Assembly (NCBI GenBank): GCA_045863855.1
Contig: BTVV01000005.1
Coordinates: forward strand, 32,001-96,000
Length of the DNA stretch: 64,000 nucleotides
Source: Planctomycetota bacterium
GTDB taxonomy: Bacteria; Planctomycetota; SZUA-567; H5-PLA8
Reading direction: 5' to 3'
Position 1 is the first letter of the stretch, and every line of letters starts with the position of its first letter. Both the position numbers and the translations under genes were made by a program. Under the pieces are notes generated by a model, which saw nothing but the letters and a program-made list of their open reading frames with translations, was not told where the DNA came from and did not search any database. Below are positions 18,299 through 27,448 of the stretch, piece by piece.

Positions 18299-20749
18299 CT
18301 ATTTGCCGAGATCTTCGGGGCGGAGCTGCATGTCCTTGCGTGCGTGCTGGCCGATCTGAACTTCGGGCGGCTTGCCGGCGATGAGCGTCACGCGGATGTC
18401 GCCGCGGCGGAGGTTGATCCAGTCGGCGTCACCGGCGGACTTGTCCTTGGCGGAGCGATGCAGTTCGGCCAGAACGAACCCGGCGGCGACGTGTTCGCCA
18501 TTGCGGACAAGCTGTTCTTCGCCGTTGGGGTTCTGGAGCACCGCCGCGACGGGATTGCCGTCGGCGGTGAGAACTTCGATCACTTTGTAATTCTTGACGA
18601 TCTCGAGCTGGTACTTGAAGACTTCCTTGTCGTACTGCGGCCAGCGGGTGGTTTTGTCGTCGGGCAGGCTTTCCAGCACCAAGGTGTCGTCTTCGCCTTT
18701 GAGCAGCCGCGCGGCGGCGAGCATGGTAAGGAGTTCGTTGATATCGGGCTGCGCGCCGCGCAGGGCCGGCGGCAGGGCATCGGGTGTCTTGGCGCCTCGC
18801 GCGGCGTCGAGGATCGCGGGCACGGCCTCCTTGTATTCGAGGCGCGTGAGCGCCACGGCAGCGGCTTGCCGGACCTGCGAGCTGGAATCGCGGAGCGCTT
18901 CGACCAGTTGCGCGGCGTACTCGCGCCGGCGCAGGGAGCCGATCACGTTGGCGGCCATCTGGCGCTCGAAGACGCCGCCTTCGCGCAGCGCGCGGCCCAG
19001 GAAAGGGACGCCTTCGTCGCTGCCGAGCAGGCCCATGCCGATGGCGGCGCGGCGGCGCTGGCGTTCGTCGCCGCTGCCGAGCCGCCCGTGCAGCAGCGGG
19101 AGGGCGCGCGCGGGGCCGGCTTGGGGCAGCATGAAGAGCGCAGTGGTCCAGACTTCCTCGAAGGGCGAATCCAGCGCCGTGACGATGAAACCGACGGTGT
19201 CGGGCCCGCCAAGCGCCACGATGCCGTACATGCCTAGAACCTGAATCTGCGGCAAGGGATGGCTCATGCAGCGGATCAGGTGCTCGCGCCCGGCGCTTTC
19301 GCCCAAGCGCGCCAGCGAGACGGCGGCATTGGCCTGGACGACTTCGACCTCGTCTTTGGATTGCAGGAGCGCCTTGAGCGGATCGATGGCGCGGCGGTCG
19401 CCCAGCCAGCCGAGGGCTTCGCAATACGCGGCGCGGACGGGGAAATTGCGTTCGGTTTCGAGGCGCTTGAGCATGCCGCGGGCGGCGGCTTCGACGCGCA
19501 ACTGCCCCAGCGATCGCGCGGCGGCCACGCGGGTGTTCGGCTCGGTGGAATCGAGCGCCGCTTCCAGCGCGGCGGCCGTCTCGGGCTGCGCGGGCGGCAG
19601 ATTGCCCAGCACGCCGGCGGCCAGCGCGATCAGCAGCCCGTTCGTCTTGAGTTCGCGGACGAGGTGCGGGACCGCTTCGGTGCGCTGGCGGGCGGAGGCG
19701 TAGCGGAAGGCCCATTCGCGTTCGACCATATCCTTGGCGGTCAAACCGCGGCGGTAGCGTTCTTCGTACGCCGCTTCGAACTCGGCTTCGGTGCGCGGTG
19801 GAAGGCGCTCGGGCACGCTGGCCACGCCGCTCAGCGCCGGAGCGTTCGAATCTTCTTCGGGGAGCGTCGCGATGGCGCCCGCGGCCGTTTCTTTAGGCGG
19901 CGCGGTCTCTTCGAGCTCGATCACCTTGGCCTTGTTGTCGCCGGTCTTCTCGCGGGCTTTTTCTTGAGCGCGCGCTTCTTCTTCGGCCTGCAGGCGCATC
20001 ATTTCGCCCTGGACGCGGCGCAGCAACGAGTCCTTGCTCGAAGTTTCCGAGGCCTGCGAACTGGGTTTGCTGAGCGCCACGCCGGACGCCGCTGCGCCGC
20101 CGACTTCGAGCGTCGGGACGCTGCCGGGCTTGTCGCTCCCGAAGAGTTTTTCCCAGAAGCCGCGCCGCTTTTCGGGCGGCACGATGGGTTCGTTGGTGGG
20201 CAGGATGCGCATTCCGTCTTTGCCCGGTGCGGCGATCTGGTACAGGTTGTCGCCGCTTTTCTTCAGCGATCCTTTACCGGGATTGGGGAACTCGAATATC
20301 TTCGCGCCTTCGGTTGCTTCTTCTAAGGCGAGTGGCTCTTTGACGTACTCGCCCTGCTTGATCTTCTCGCGCGCTTTCGGATCCAGGTCCATCTTGACGA
20401 CCTTGACCCGGTCGTTGGTGGGGATGGCCAGGAACGGGGAACGCACGCCGCTGTCCTTCTCGTCTTCCTTCTTCTTCGCGGCTTTCTCTTCGTCCTTCTT
20501 TTTCTGCTCGTCTTCCTTCTCGCGCTTCTCGAGCGCCTTCTTCTGCGCTTCTTGAAATTGCGCGCGGACTTTCTGCTGATGCTCCTCGGTGGTGACGTTT
20601 TCTTCGGGGCCGCGGGGCAGGAAGGGGCTGACGTACTTCTCGCGCGAAGGCGCTTCGCCGGCGGAGAGATTCGCGGCGAACCACACCGCAGCCAGGCACG
20701 CCCAGCGGGCGTTCGTCAAAAAGCCGAGCGAGTGAAGACTTGCGCTCAC
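18299..20749 (-). CDS. Exported HEAT-repeat protein with charged N-terminal region
   Basis: Signal peptide (WACLAAVWFAANLSA); repeats such as VRAAYCEALGWLGD, VRQAAAVALTRL; GTGA overlap with the aroDE stop. Confidence 0.8.
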   Translation of the reverse strand: MSASLHSLGFLTNARWACLAAVWFAANLSAGEAPSREKYVSPFLPRGPEENVTTEEHQQKVRAQFQEAQKKALEKREKEDEQKKKDEEKAAKKKEDEKDSGVRSPFLAIPTNDRVKVVKMDLDPKAREKIKQGEYVKEPLALEEATEGAKIFEFPNPGKGSLKKSGDNLYQIAAPGKDGMRILPTNEPIVPPEKRRGFWEKLFGSDKPGSVPTLEVGGAAASGVALSKPSSQASETSSKDSLLRRVQGEMMRLQAEEEARAQEKAREKTGDNKAKVIELEETAPPKETAAGAIATLPEEDSNAPALSGVASVPERLPPRTEAEFEAAYEERYRRGLTAKDMVEREWAFRYASARQRTEAVPHLVRELKTNGLLIALAAGVLGNLPPAQPETAAALEAALDSTEPNTRVAAARSLGQLRVEAAARGMLKRLETERNFPVRAAYCEALGWLGDRRAIDPLKALLQSKDEVEVVQANAAVSLARLGESAGREHLIRCMSHPLPQIQVLGMYGIVALGGPDTVGFIVTALDSPFEEVWTTALFMLPQAGPARALPLLHGRLGSGDERQRRRAAIGMGLLGSDEGVPFLGRALREGGVFERQMAANVIGSLRRREYAAQLVEALRDSSSQVRQAAAVALTRLEYKEAVPAILDAARGAKTPDALPPALRGAQPDINELLTMLAAARLLKGEDDTLVLESLPDDKTTRWPQYDKEVFKYQLEIVKNYKVIEVLTADGNPVAAVLQNPNGEEQLVRNGEHVAAGFVLAELHRSAKDKSAGDADWINLRRGDIRVTLIAGKPPEVQIGQHARKDMQLRPEDLGK

Positions 20750-22323
20750 CGGGACTCCTGCCTGCGTGCCGCCAGCGCCTCGCGCACCGCCGCTTCCATG
20801 ACGTCGAGCGGCGCGGGCCGGCCGGTGTAGAGCGTGAACTGCAACGCGCCCTGCCCGACGAACATGCCCAACCCACCCAGCGTCTTGCGGCCCTGCCGTT
20901 CAGCGTACTGCAAGACTAAGGTGCGGAACGGATTGTACACCGTATCGAAGATCAAGTCAGCCCTGCAGACCTGCGCTTCCGTCAGCGGCGAAGCGTCCAC
21001 GTGCGGGTGCATGCCCAACGGCGTGGTGTTGATCGCCACGTCGACGTGAAAATCGGTCCGATCCAGGTCTTCCTTTGAGACGCATGCGCCCTGCACTGCG
21101 GCAGCCAGTTCTTGGGCTTTCTCGGCGGAACGGTTCAGGATTCGGACTTCGGCCCCGCGTTCGTGAACGGCATACGCCAGCGCTCGTGCGGCCCCACCAG
21201 CGCCGAGCAAAAGCACCTTGCGGCCTCGCAGCGTGCCTGGCCCGCCCAAGGCGGTCTCCAGGCTGTCCGCAGCGGCTGGCGCATCGGTGTTGGTTCCGTA
21301 CCAACCGTTGGGGCGGCGGACGAGGGTATTCACGGCTCCGATGGAAATGGCCAGTGGATCGAGTTCGGCGCACCCGGGCATCACGGCCTGCTTGTGCGGG
21401 ATGGTTACGGAGACCCCTTCAAGGCCCAGCGGTTCGGCGAAGGTCTGGAGAAAAGCGAGCGGATCGCCGTCGACGCGGAAGGGCAGGTATACGGCGTCCA
21501 GACCGGCGGCTTGGAGAGCGGCGTTGTGCATGCGCGGCGAGAGCGAATGGCCAATGGGGTTGCCGATGACGCCGTAGACGCGCGTGGCCGGAGTCAGTGC
21601 GCCGAAGCGATAAAGCTCGTGAAGCTCCCGCCAAGTCGGCTGGCCCGGTGCGGTGCCGGGCGCGCCAGCGCCGCGAGCAAAAGTAAAGAGTGCGGGCTGC
21701 GGAAACCTTGGACCGAGGACGCGGGTCCAGAAGCCGGCTTCGCCCATACCCAGTGCCAGGAGCGGCGGCTTGCCGGGTCGGTCTTCGCAGAGCAGTTCCA
21801 ACAGGGCCGCACTCTCAAGGATCGTCGCGGGCGTGACGGCGAGCTTAACGACGTCCGCTCCGGCGGCTTCGGCATCTTCGCGGAAATCGCGCAGGCGCGA
21901 GCGCGGCGGGACGCGTTCGAAATCGTGGTAGCTGACGACCAGCCGAGTGACCCCGGTGGCGCGCGCGTCTTGCAAGGCCTTCCAAACTTCCGGCGCGCGC
22001 TGAATCGTATGCATTTCGAGATCTACGAACGCCGCGCCTTGGCGAGCGGCCCGTTCGAGGTACCTGCCGCGCTCGGCGTCGGAGACTTCCTGCCGCGCGC
22101 CACCTTCCTCCACGCTGCGGTAGGTCACCACCAGCTTCTCGGGGCCCAAACGCTTCAAGACGGCGTCCAGAGCTTCCGGCGTAAGGTCGGCGTAGCGATC
22201 GAGGCGCAACTCGATCAGAAAGGCGCCTGGCGGGCGGGCAGCCAAGTCCGCGAACTCGGCATCGGCCACGAGGGCGGCCAGCGAGTCATGGTGGGAGGCG
22301 ACGCAGATGGACGGGTGGTTCAT
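20746..22323 (-). CDS. aroE: Bifunctional type I 3-dehydroquinate dehydratase / shikimate dehydrogenase
   Basis: IELRLD, VSYHDF, ADVVKLA, TAPGQ (AroD); GNPIGHSLSPRMHN, SVTIPHK, GAVNT, NTD, LGAGGAARA, NTTPLGM, DTVYNP (AroE). Confidence 0.95.
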   Translation of the reverse strand: MNHPSICVASHHDSLAALVADAEFADLAARPPGAFLIELRLDRYADLTPEALDAVLKRLGPEKLVVTYRSVEEGGARQEVSDAERGRYLERAARQGAAFVDLEMHTIQRAPEVWKALQDARATGVTRLVVSYHDFERVPPRSRLRDFREDAEAAGADVVKLAVTPATILESAALLELLCEDRPGKPPLLALGMGEAGFWTRVLGPRFPQPALFTFARGAGAPGTAPGQPTWRELHELYRFGALTPATRVYGVIGNPIGHSLSPRMHNAALQAAGLDAVYLPFRVDGDPLAFLQTFAEPLGLEGVSVTIPHKQAVMPGCAELDPLAISIGAVNTLVRRPNGWYGTNTDAPAAADSLETALGGPGTLRGRKVLLLGAGGAARALAYAVHERGAEVRILNRSAEKAQELAAAVQGACVSKEDLDRTDFHVDVAINTTPLGMHPHVDASPLTEAQVCRADLIFDTVYNPFRTLVLQYAERQGRKTLGGLGMFVGQGALQFTLYTGRPAPLDVMEAAVREALAARRQESR

Positions 22324-22547
22324 GCGGTGAATTGTAGCGTAAGGCTTGCCTTCCACTAGCATCTGTAAGCGGAAGGCACCCGGCGCAAGCACCATGCGCA
22401 GCCTTAAGGCTTTTTGAAGGACGACGGCCCCGGCGCATCTAGGTCAGTACCCTTTTCCAACGGGCTGTTAAGGTACGCTTTCTCGCAATCCGGCTTGTGA
22501 GCCCCTACCTTTTAGTTAACTTGGTGCCCATGATGGCTGGTTCCTCA

Positions 22548-24341
22548 ATGAACCGCGCGGTACTTCACGGCGGTGTGCTGATCGCATGCGCATTGCTGGG
22601 GTCGTGCGAGTGGGCTCACGGCGAAGCCGACCCGCAAACGCCGGTAGCGCCATCGCCGGCCGATGCCGTGGCGCGTCTGCTGGCGCGGGCCGAAGAACCG
22701 CCCCTCCTTACGATCGTCTTGCCGGACCTGCACCGCCTGCCCAGCCGCCTGGCGCAATCGCACGTGGGTCATTTCGTGCTCGATCCGAATTACGATCAAG
22801 GCCGCGCCCTCCTGCTCCAAAAACTCAACGAGGCCAGCGGGACGGACCTGGAAGCGTTGTGGACAAATCTGCGCGCGCATATCGAAGGGCCGGTGGCGCT
22901 GGTGCTTTCGCGCGCCGCGCCGCTGAACGAAGGCGACATTCCGGGGTTCAAGTTGCGCTTGCTGGCCAGCGTTCCGGATGCGGCTTCGATCGAAGCGGTG
23001 CAGGCGGCGTGGCCGCGCCTGCCGCCGCAGTCGGGCCATCTGCTCTCCTTATTGCGTCCGCAACTGTATGCGCGCGAGGCGCTCGCGGCGGAAGCCGCGC
23101 CGCCAGAATGGGCGGTCCGGATCGCCCGCGCGCCGGGGTTGGTGCGCGTGCAAGCGCGCCCGCGCGCGCTCAACGCCGCCCTGCGCGAGTGGGCCACGGT
23201 GCTTCCCGTTACGGACCGCTCGGGCTGGATGGAAGCCGTTCAAGCCACGGCGGCCTTGGAGTTCGAGACGCTCACGCTCGACCTGCGCACCGAAGGAGGG
23301 CAGTTCGAAGAGCGCCTGGAACTGGAACCGCTGGCGGAAGGCGGTCGGACGCTCTCGCGACTGTTGCGCGGAATGGCGGCCAAACCGCGCCCGTGGACGA
23401 GCCTGACGTCGGCGCTGCCCGGCCGCCAAGCGCTGGCGCTGCTCTTTCAACTCGAGCCCGAAAAGCTTTCCGACGAACTGCCGTATCTGTTTCAGGCGCT
23501 GGAGCGAACCGTACGCGGGCGGAAATGGATGCGTACGCAGGGCGATTCGCCCGAAGCGCGAGACCCGGAACGCTTTGCGTTTTTGACCACGGGATTGTCG
23601 GGCATCGTGGGCTTGACCGCTCAGCCTTCGGTAACGGGAAAAGTCGATGTGGTGCTGGCCGCGGCGAGCAAGGAGCGCGACGTGGAAGCGCATCGCGTGC
23701 GGCTGCTGAAGGGCCTCGAAGCGCTCGACGCGAATTTCCTGACGCTGCACCAGGCCGCGCGGATCGGGACGCACGCGCCACTGGCCGCGCAGTTCAAAGG
23801 GCCGGATCTGCTTCCGGCTCCGGTGATCGGGTTGAGCGAAGGCTGGCTGTGGCTCTGTTCGACCACCGGAGCGTACGGCGTCCTAACGCAAGCCTTCGCG
23901 AGCGGCAAGACGCTGGCGCAGGATCCTCCGCCCTTCCCCGCGCCGCGTGAGGACGGTTCCTATTTTGCGCGCCCCGATGCCAGCGCCCTGCGTATGAGCA
24001 TCAACCTCGAGATGCTCGCGCCGCTGGGCTACACCTCCTGGCTGCTCTCGAAAGAAGGGCCGACGATCGGGGACTGGAAGGTGCCCGGCGAACTGCTGCC
24101 GCAGCCGGGGCTCTTCGCCAACCGCATGGGCCGGCTCGAAACGGATCTCTGGACCGAAGACGGCACGGTCCGCGGCTACGGGCGCGGACCGATTCCCTTG
24201 GGTGCGGTGCTGACGCTGGCGCTGGTCGGCGAGACGGGGCGGATCGTGGAGATCCTGCAACGGCCGCCAGGCACGGTGCTGGAAGAGTTGAAGGCGCTGA
24301 CCCAACCGGCGAGCGGCGCGAAGCCGGAGCCGCGGCCATGA
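22548..24341 (+). CDS. Exported hypothetical protein (DUF3352-like by resemblance only)
   Basis: Long ORF with a signal-like N-terminus; ATGA overlap with the next gene; start uncertain (22497-22548). Confidence 0.6.
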   Translation: MNRAVLHGGVLIACALLGSCEWAHGEADPQTPVAPSPADAVARLLARAEEPPLLTIVLPDLHRLPSRLAQSHVGHFVLDPNYDQGRALLLQKLNEASGTDLEALWTNLRAHIEGPVALVLSRAAPLNEGDIPGFKLRLLASVPDAASIEAVQAAWPRLPPQSGHLLSLLRPQLYAREALAAEAAPPEWAVRIARAPGLVRVQARPRALNAALREWATVLPVTDRSGWMEAVQATAALEFETLTLDLRTEGGQFEERLELEPLAEGGRTLSRLLRGMAAKPRPWTSLTSALPGRQALALLFQLEPEKLSDELPYLFQALERTVRGRKWMRTQGDSPEARDPERFAFLTTGLSGIVGLTAQPSVTGKVDVVLAAASKERDVEAHRVRLLKGLEALDANFLTLHQAARIGTHAPLAAQFKGPDLLPAPVIGLSEGWLWLCSTTGAYGVLTQAFASGKTLAQDPPPFPAPREDGSYFARPDASALRMSINLEMLAPLGYTSWLLSKEGPTIGDWKVPGELLPQPGLFANRMGRLETDLWTEDGTVRGYGRGPIPLGAVLTLALVGETGRIVEILQRPPGTVLEELKALTQPASGAKPEPRP

Positions 24342-26083
24342 AACGCGCGACAGCGATTTGGGCGGCGTGCCTGCTGCCCCTGCTGCTCTCTGGCTGCGGA
24401 GAGGACGTGAACCGCTACCGGCTGCTGATGGCCGAACGCGTCGCGGGAAAGACCTACCTGCTGGCGGAATACGAGCCGCTTTCTCAAGGCAGCGGGCAGA
24501 GTTACTTCGCGGTCTACACGCCCCGCGGCGGCGATCCGGCTTCGTGGCAGTTGGCGCTCGAAGACCGCACCGGTCCTGTCTTCGGCACGTTCGTCTACCG
24601 TGACCCGCAGGGCGTCGAGCAACTGGGCCTGCTGCATCCGACGCAGGCGAACTTTTACACCTTCGGCGACGGCGATCCGCAGGTGGTCTCGCGCAACATC
24701 CCGTTCAAGTGGTGGGCCGAGACGGGCGCGCAGCTGAGCGAGCAGGTGTTCCTTTTCGGCGGCGATTTCGCGGCGCGCAAGGTGGTGGACGGGAAGCTGA
24801 TCGGCCGCCTGGCGGTGGCGGCCTTCGACGGCGGCGAGATCAAGGAACTGGAACTTTCCGGGAGCCCGCCGATCCAGAATCTGCACTTTTGGCTGCGCGC
24901 GGTGCCCCAAGGCGAAAAAATCCACGTGTTCTGGCGCGAAGCGGAAGTGTACGGCACGCTCGATTTCGAACCGCCGGTGCGCTTCGTCGGGCCGCTGCGC
25001 GAAGCCGTCTTCGACGGCGCGGCGTTCGAAGACCAAGTGCGCGAATACGAACTGCCGCAGGGGTATACGACGGTATGGAGCGACGGGGGGCGCATCCGCG
25101 CGGCGGTGCAGCCGGTGAGCCGCGAGTTCGGTCAGTCGCCGCCTCCGCGGCTTTTCACGCTGGATGGCGCGGGCGGGGTCGAAGAGCGGCCGCTCTCGTT
25201 TCCGGCCGAAGAAGCGAAGCTGCGCTTCAAATACTTCCTGGTGGAGAGGCTGCCGGGCTTCGAAGAAGATTTGCTGGTGCGTTCGAACTCGCAGCAGATC
25301 CAGCTTTGGCGCGCGACGCCCGAGGGCTGGCAAGCCAGCGGCCCGCTGGCCGGGCTTCCGGTCTACGGGGTCGAGCGCGTGCTGCTGGGCCTGCTGGCGT
25401 GCTGCGTGGCGACGGTGGCCGCGGGACTGGGGCTGGCGTGGCGTCGGCGGCGCCAATTGCAATACCTCGTCGAAAAGCTGAAGCCCAGCGACGTGCTGGC
25501 TCCGCTTTCGCTGCGCTTGAGCGCGCATATGGTCGACTTGGCGGCGGTGGTGCTGGCGACCGAAGTCGTCACGCGTCTAGCCGACATGGAAGCGCCGCGC
25601 TGGTCGGAAATTCTGCTGAGTCTTCAGGTGCTCCCGCCGTTCTTCGTGTTGTACGTCGTCTATTTGGCGCTGGCCGAATGGCTGACGGGCAGTTCGCTGG
25701 GCAAATGGCTGCTGGGCCTGCGGGTGGTGACCGACCGCGGCGAGCGTCCGGGGCTGTACGCGGCGTTCGTGCGCAACCTGGTGGGCTACTACGAGCGGCA
25801 TCCGCTGCTGGCTCCGTTCGCGGCGTTGCCGACGATCGTGCTCACGCCGAAGCACCAGCGCCTGGGCGATCTGCTGGCGCATACGCTGGTGGTGCAGAAG
25901 TCCGCCATGGACCGCTACAAATCCGAACGCGAAGCGGAACTCGCCCGCGTCTCGAAGCCGCCGCAGGGCACGGACTCCGAAAGCAGGCGCCACGATCCGC
26001 CCCGCGACAGCGGCCTAATGGAAAAACCTCAAACGCAACCGCTGGAACCGCCCTCGCCCCAGGACCCGGACGACCGGGTATGA
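24338..26083 (+). CDS. Lipoprotein with C-terminal RDD domain
   Basis: Lipobox LLLSGC; internal TM; RLSAHMVD...GSSLGKWLLGLRVV...AFVRN...QRLGDLLAHTLVV. Confidence 0.82.
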   Translation: MKRATAIWAACLLPLLLSGCGEDVNRYRLLMAERVAGKTYLLAEYEPLSQGSGQSYFAVYTPRGGDPASWQLALEDRTGPVFGTFVYRDPQGVEQLGLLHPTQANFYTFGDGDPQVVSRNIPFKWWAETGAQLSEQVFLFGGDFAARKVVDGKLIGRLAVAAFDGGEIKELELSGSPPIQNLHFWLRAVPQGEKIHVFWREAEVYGTLDFEPPVRFVGPLREAVFDGAAFEDQVREYELPQGYTTVWSDGGRIRAAVQPVSREFGQSPPPRLFTLDGAGGVEERPLSFPAEEAKLRFKYFLVERLPGFEEDLLVRSNSQQIQLWRATPEGWQASGPLAGLPVYGVERVLLGLLACCVATVAAGLGLAWRRRRQLQYLVEKLKPSDVLAPLSLRLSAHMVDLAAVVLATEVVTRLADMEAPRWSEILLSLQVLPPFFVLYVVYLALAEWLTGSSLGKWLLGLRVVTDRGERPGLYAAFVRNLVGYYERHPLLAPFAALPTIVLTPKHQRLGDLLAHTLVVQKSAMDRYKSEREAELARVSKPPQGTDSESRRHDPPRDSGLMEKPQTQPLEPPSPQDPDDRV

Positions 26084-26694
26084 CGCCGGCGCGTCTGGAG
26101 TCCGTGCAGTTGGTGCTGGCTTCGGCCAGCGCGCGGCGGCGCGCGATTCTCGCCGATGCGGGGTTTACGTTCGTATCCCGCGATCCCGGTACGGTCGAGG
26201 ACGCGGTGACCGCGGCGGCGACGCCCGAGGCCTTGGCGCTTGAGAAAGCTCGTGTGAAAGCGCGCGCTGTCGCCGCCGCATTGGGCAAGCCCGCGGTGGT
26301 GATCGGCGCGGATACGCTGGTCGCGCTGGGCGACGAGGTGCTGGGAAAGCCGGTGGACCGCGCGGACGCCGAGCGTATCCTGAAGCGGCTTTCGGGCACG
26401 CGGCATCGAGTCATCACGGGGCTTTGCCTCTGGCCGTGCGCGGTTCAGGCTGCGCCGGTGTTGGAGGCCGTGCCAACGTGGGTCACGATGCGCTCGATGA
26501 GCGCGTCCGAGATCCGGGCGTACGTGGATTCGGGCGAGGCGGACGACAAGGCGGGCGCCTACGCGATACAGGAGACCGGCGACCGCTTCGTCCGCGCGGT
26601 GGAAGGCAGCTTTCTGAACGTGGTGGGCTTTCCGCTGGAGCGCTTCCGGGAACTGCTTCCGGCGGCACTCGCCAAGTGGGGCTTCGTGGCGTAA
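26080..26694 (+). CDS. maf: Maf family nucleotide pyrophosphatase
   Basis: LVLASASARRRAIL, EKARVKA, IGADTLV...LGKP, LSGTRHRVITG, DKAGAYAIQ, GSFLNVVGFP; ATG 26080 overlaps the RDD stop. Confidence 0.93.
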   Translation: MTPARLESVQLVLASASARRRAILADAGFTFVSRDPGTVEDAVTAAATPEALALEKARVKARAVAAALGKPAVVIGADTLVALGDEVLGKPVDRADAERILKRLSGTRHRVITGLCLWPCAVQAAPVLEAVPTWVTMRSMSASEIRAYVDSGEADDKAGAYAIQETGDRFVRAVEGSFLNVVGFPLERFRELLPAALAKWGFVA

Positions 26695-26754
26695 AAGAGT
26701 CGCTTCCCCAACGGGCCCGGCGCCCGTAACGAAGCATTCGAAGGGATCTCGACA

Positions 26755-27426
26755 ATGGCTCAAGACGGTGCGGCCGGTGTACTGCCCGGCGAACGGCGCG
26801 AGCAGGCGATGCGGCGCGGCGCGCGGGCGCTGTACCTGACGGCCTTCGCATCGGGCGCGGTGCTGATGGGCCTCCAGATCGCCGGCTCGCGGATTCTCGC
26901 CCCGCGCTTCGGAACGGCGATTTACGTCTGGGGCAGCCTGATCGGCCTGACGCTGGTGGCGATGGCGCTGGGCTACTGGCTGGGCGGCAAGCTGGCGGAC
27001 AAGAAACCGCGCTATCCCGTGCTGGCGTCGATTCTGATCGCCGCGGGCTTGTACGTCGCGCTGGTGATCTTTCCGCTGGGTACGCCGATCTGCAACGCGA
27101 TCGCCGCCGCGATGCCTTCATCCCCGTACGCGCCTCTGCTGGCGGCCACTGTGATCTTTTTCGTGCCCTGTTTTCTGATGGCGATGACCAGTCCCTTCAC
27201 GCTGCGCCTGTTGACGACGTCGCTGGCCGGCTTGGGCGGCGTGACAGGCCGGCTGTATGCGTTCTCGACGTTCGGTTCGATCTTCGGGACGCTGGCAACA
27301 ACCTTCGCGCTGATTCCAAATGTTCGCGTCTCGCTTTCGCTGGGCGTGCTGGGCCTGGTGCTGGTGGCCGCGTGCGTTGCGGGGCTGGCGATGTTCAAGA
27401 GCGCGCCGGACGCGCAGGCCGCTTGA
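26755..27426 (+). CDS. Stand-alone 6-TM module of the fused MFS/spermidine-synthase-like family
   Basis: SGAVLMGLQIAGSRILAPRFGTAIYVWGSLIG...GRLYAFSTFGSIFGTLATTFALIP; paralog of the N-terminus of the next gene. Confidence 0.8.
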   Translation: MAQDGAAGVLPGERREQAMRRGARALYLTAFASGAVLMGLQIAGSRILAPRFGTAIYVWGSLIGLTLVAMALGYWLGGKLADKKPRYPVLASILIAAGLYVALVIFPLGTPICNAIAAAMPSSPYAPLLAATVIFFVPCFLMAMTSPFTLRLLTTSLAGLGGVTGRLYAFSTFGSIFGTLATTFALIPNVRVSLSLGVLGLVLVAACVAGLAMFKSAPDAQAA

Positions 27427-27448
27427 CACGGAACGATCGAGGAAAGAC

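Noticed and set aside
24709..26694. Apparent long N-terminal extension on Maf, and likewise on SGNH 33133-34827
   Set aside because: Extensions are alternative-frame overlaps with the upstream genes; internal ATGs with coupling or RBS explain the real starts
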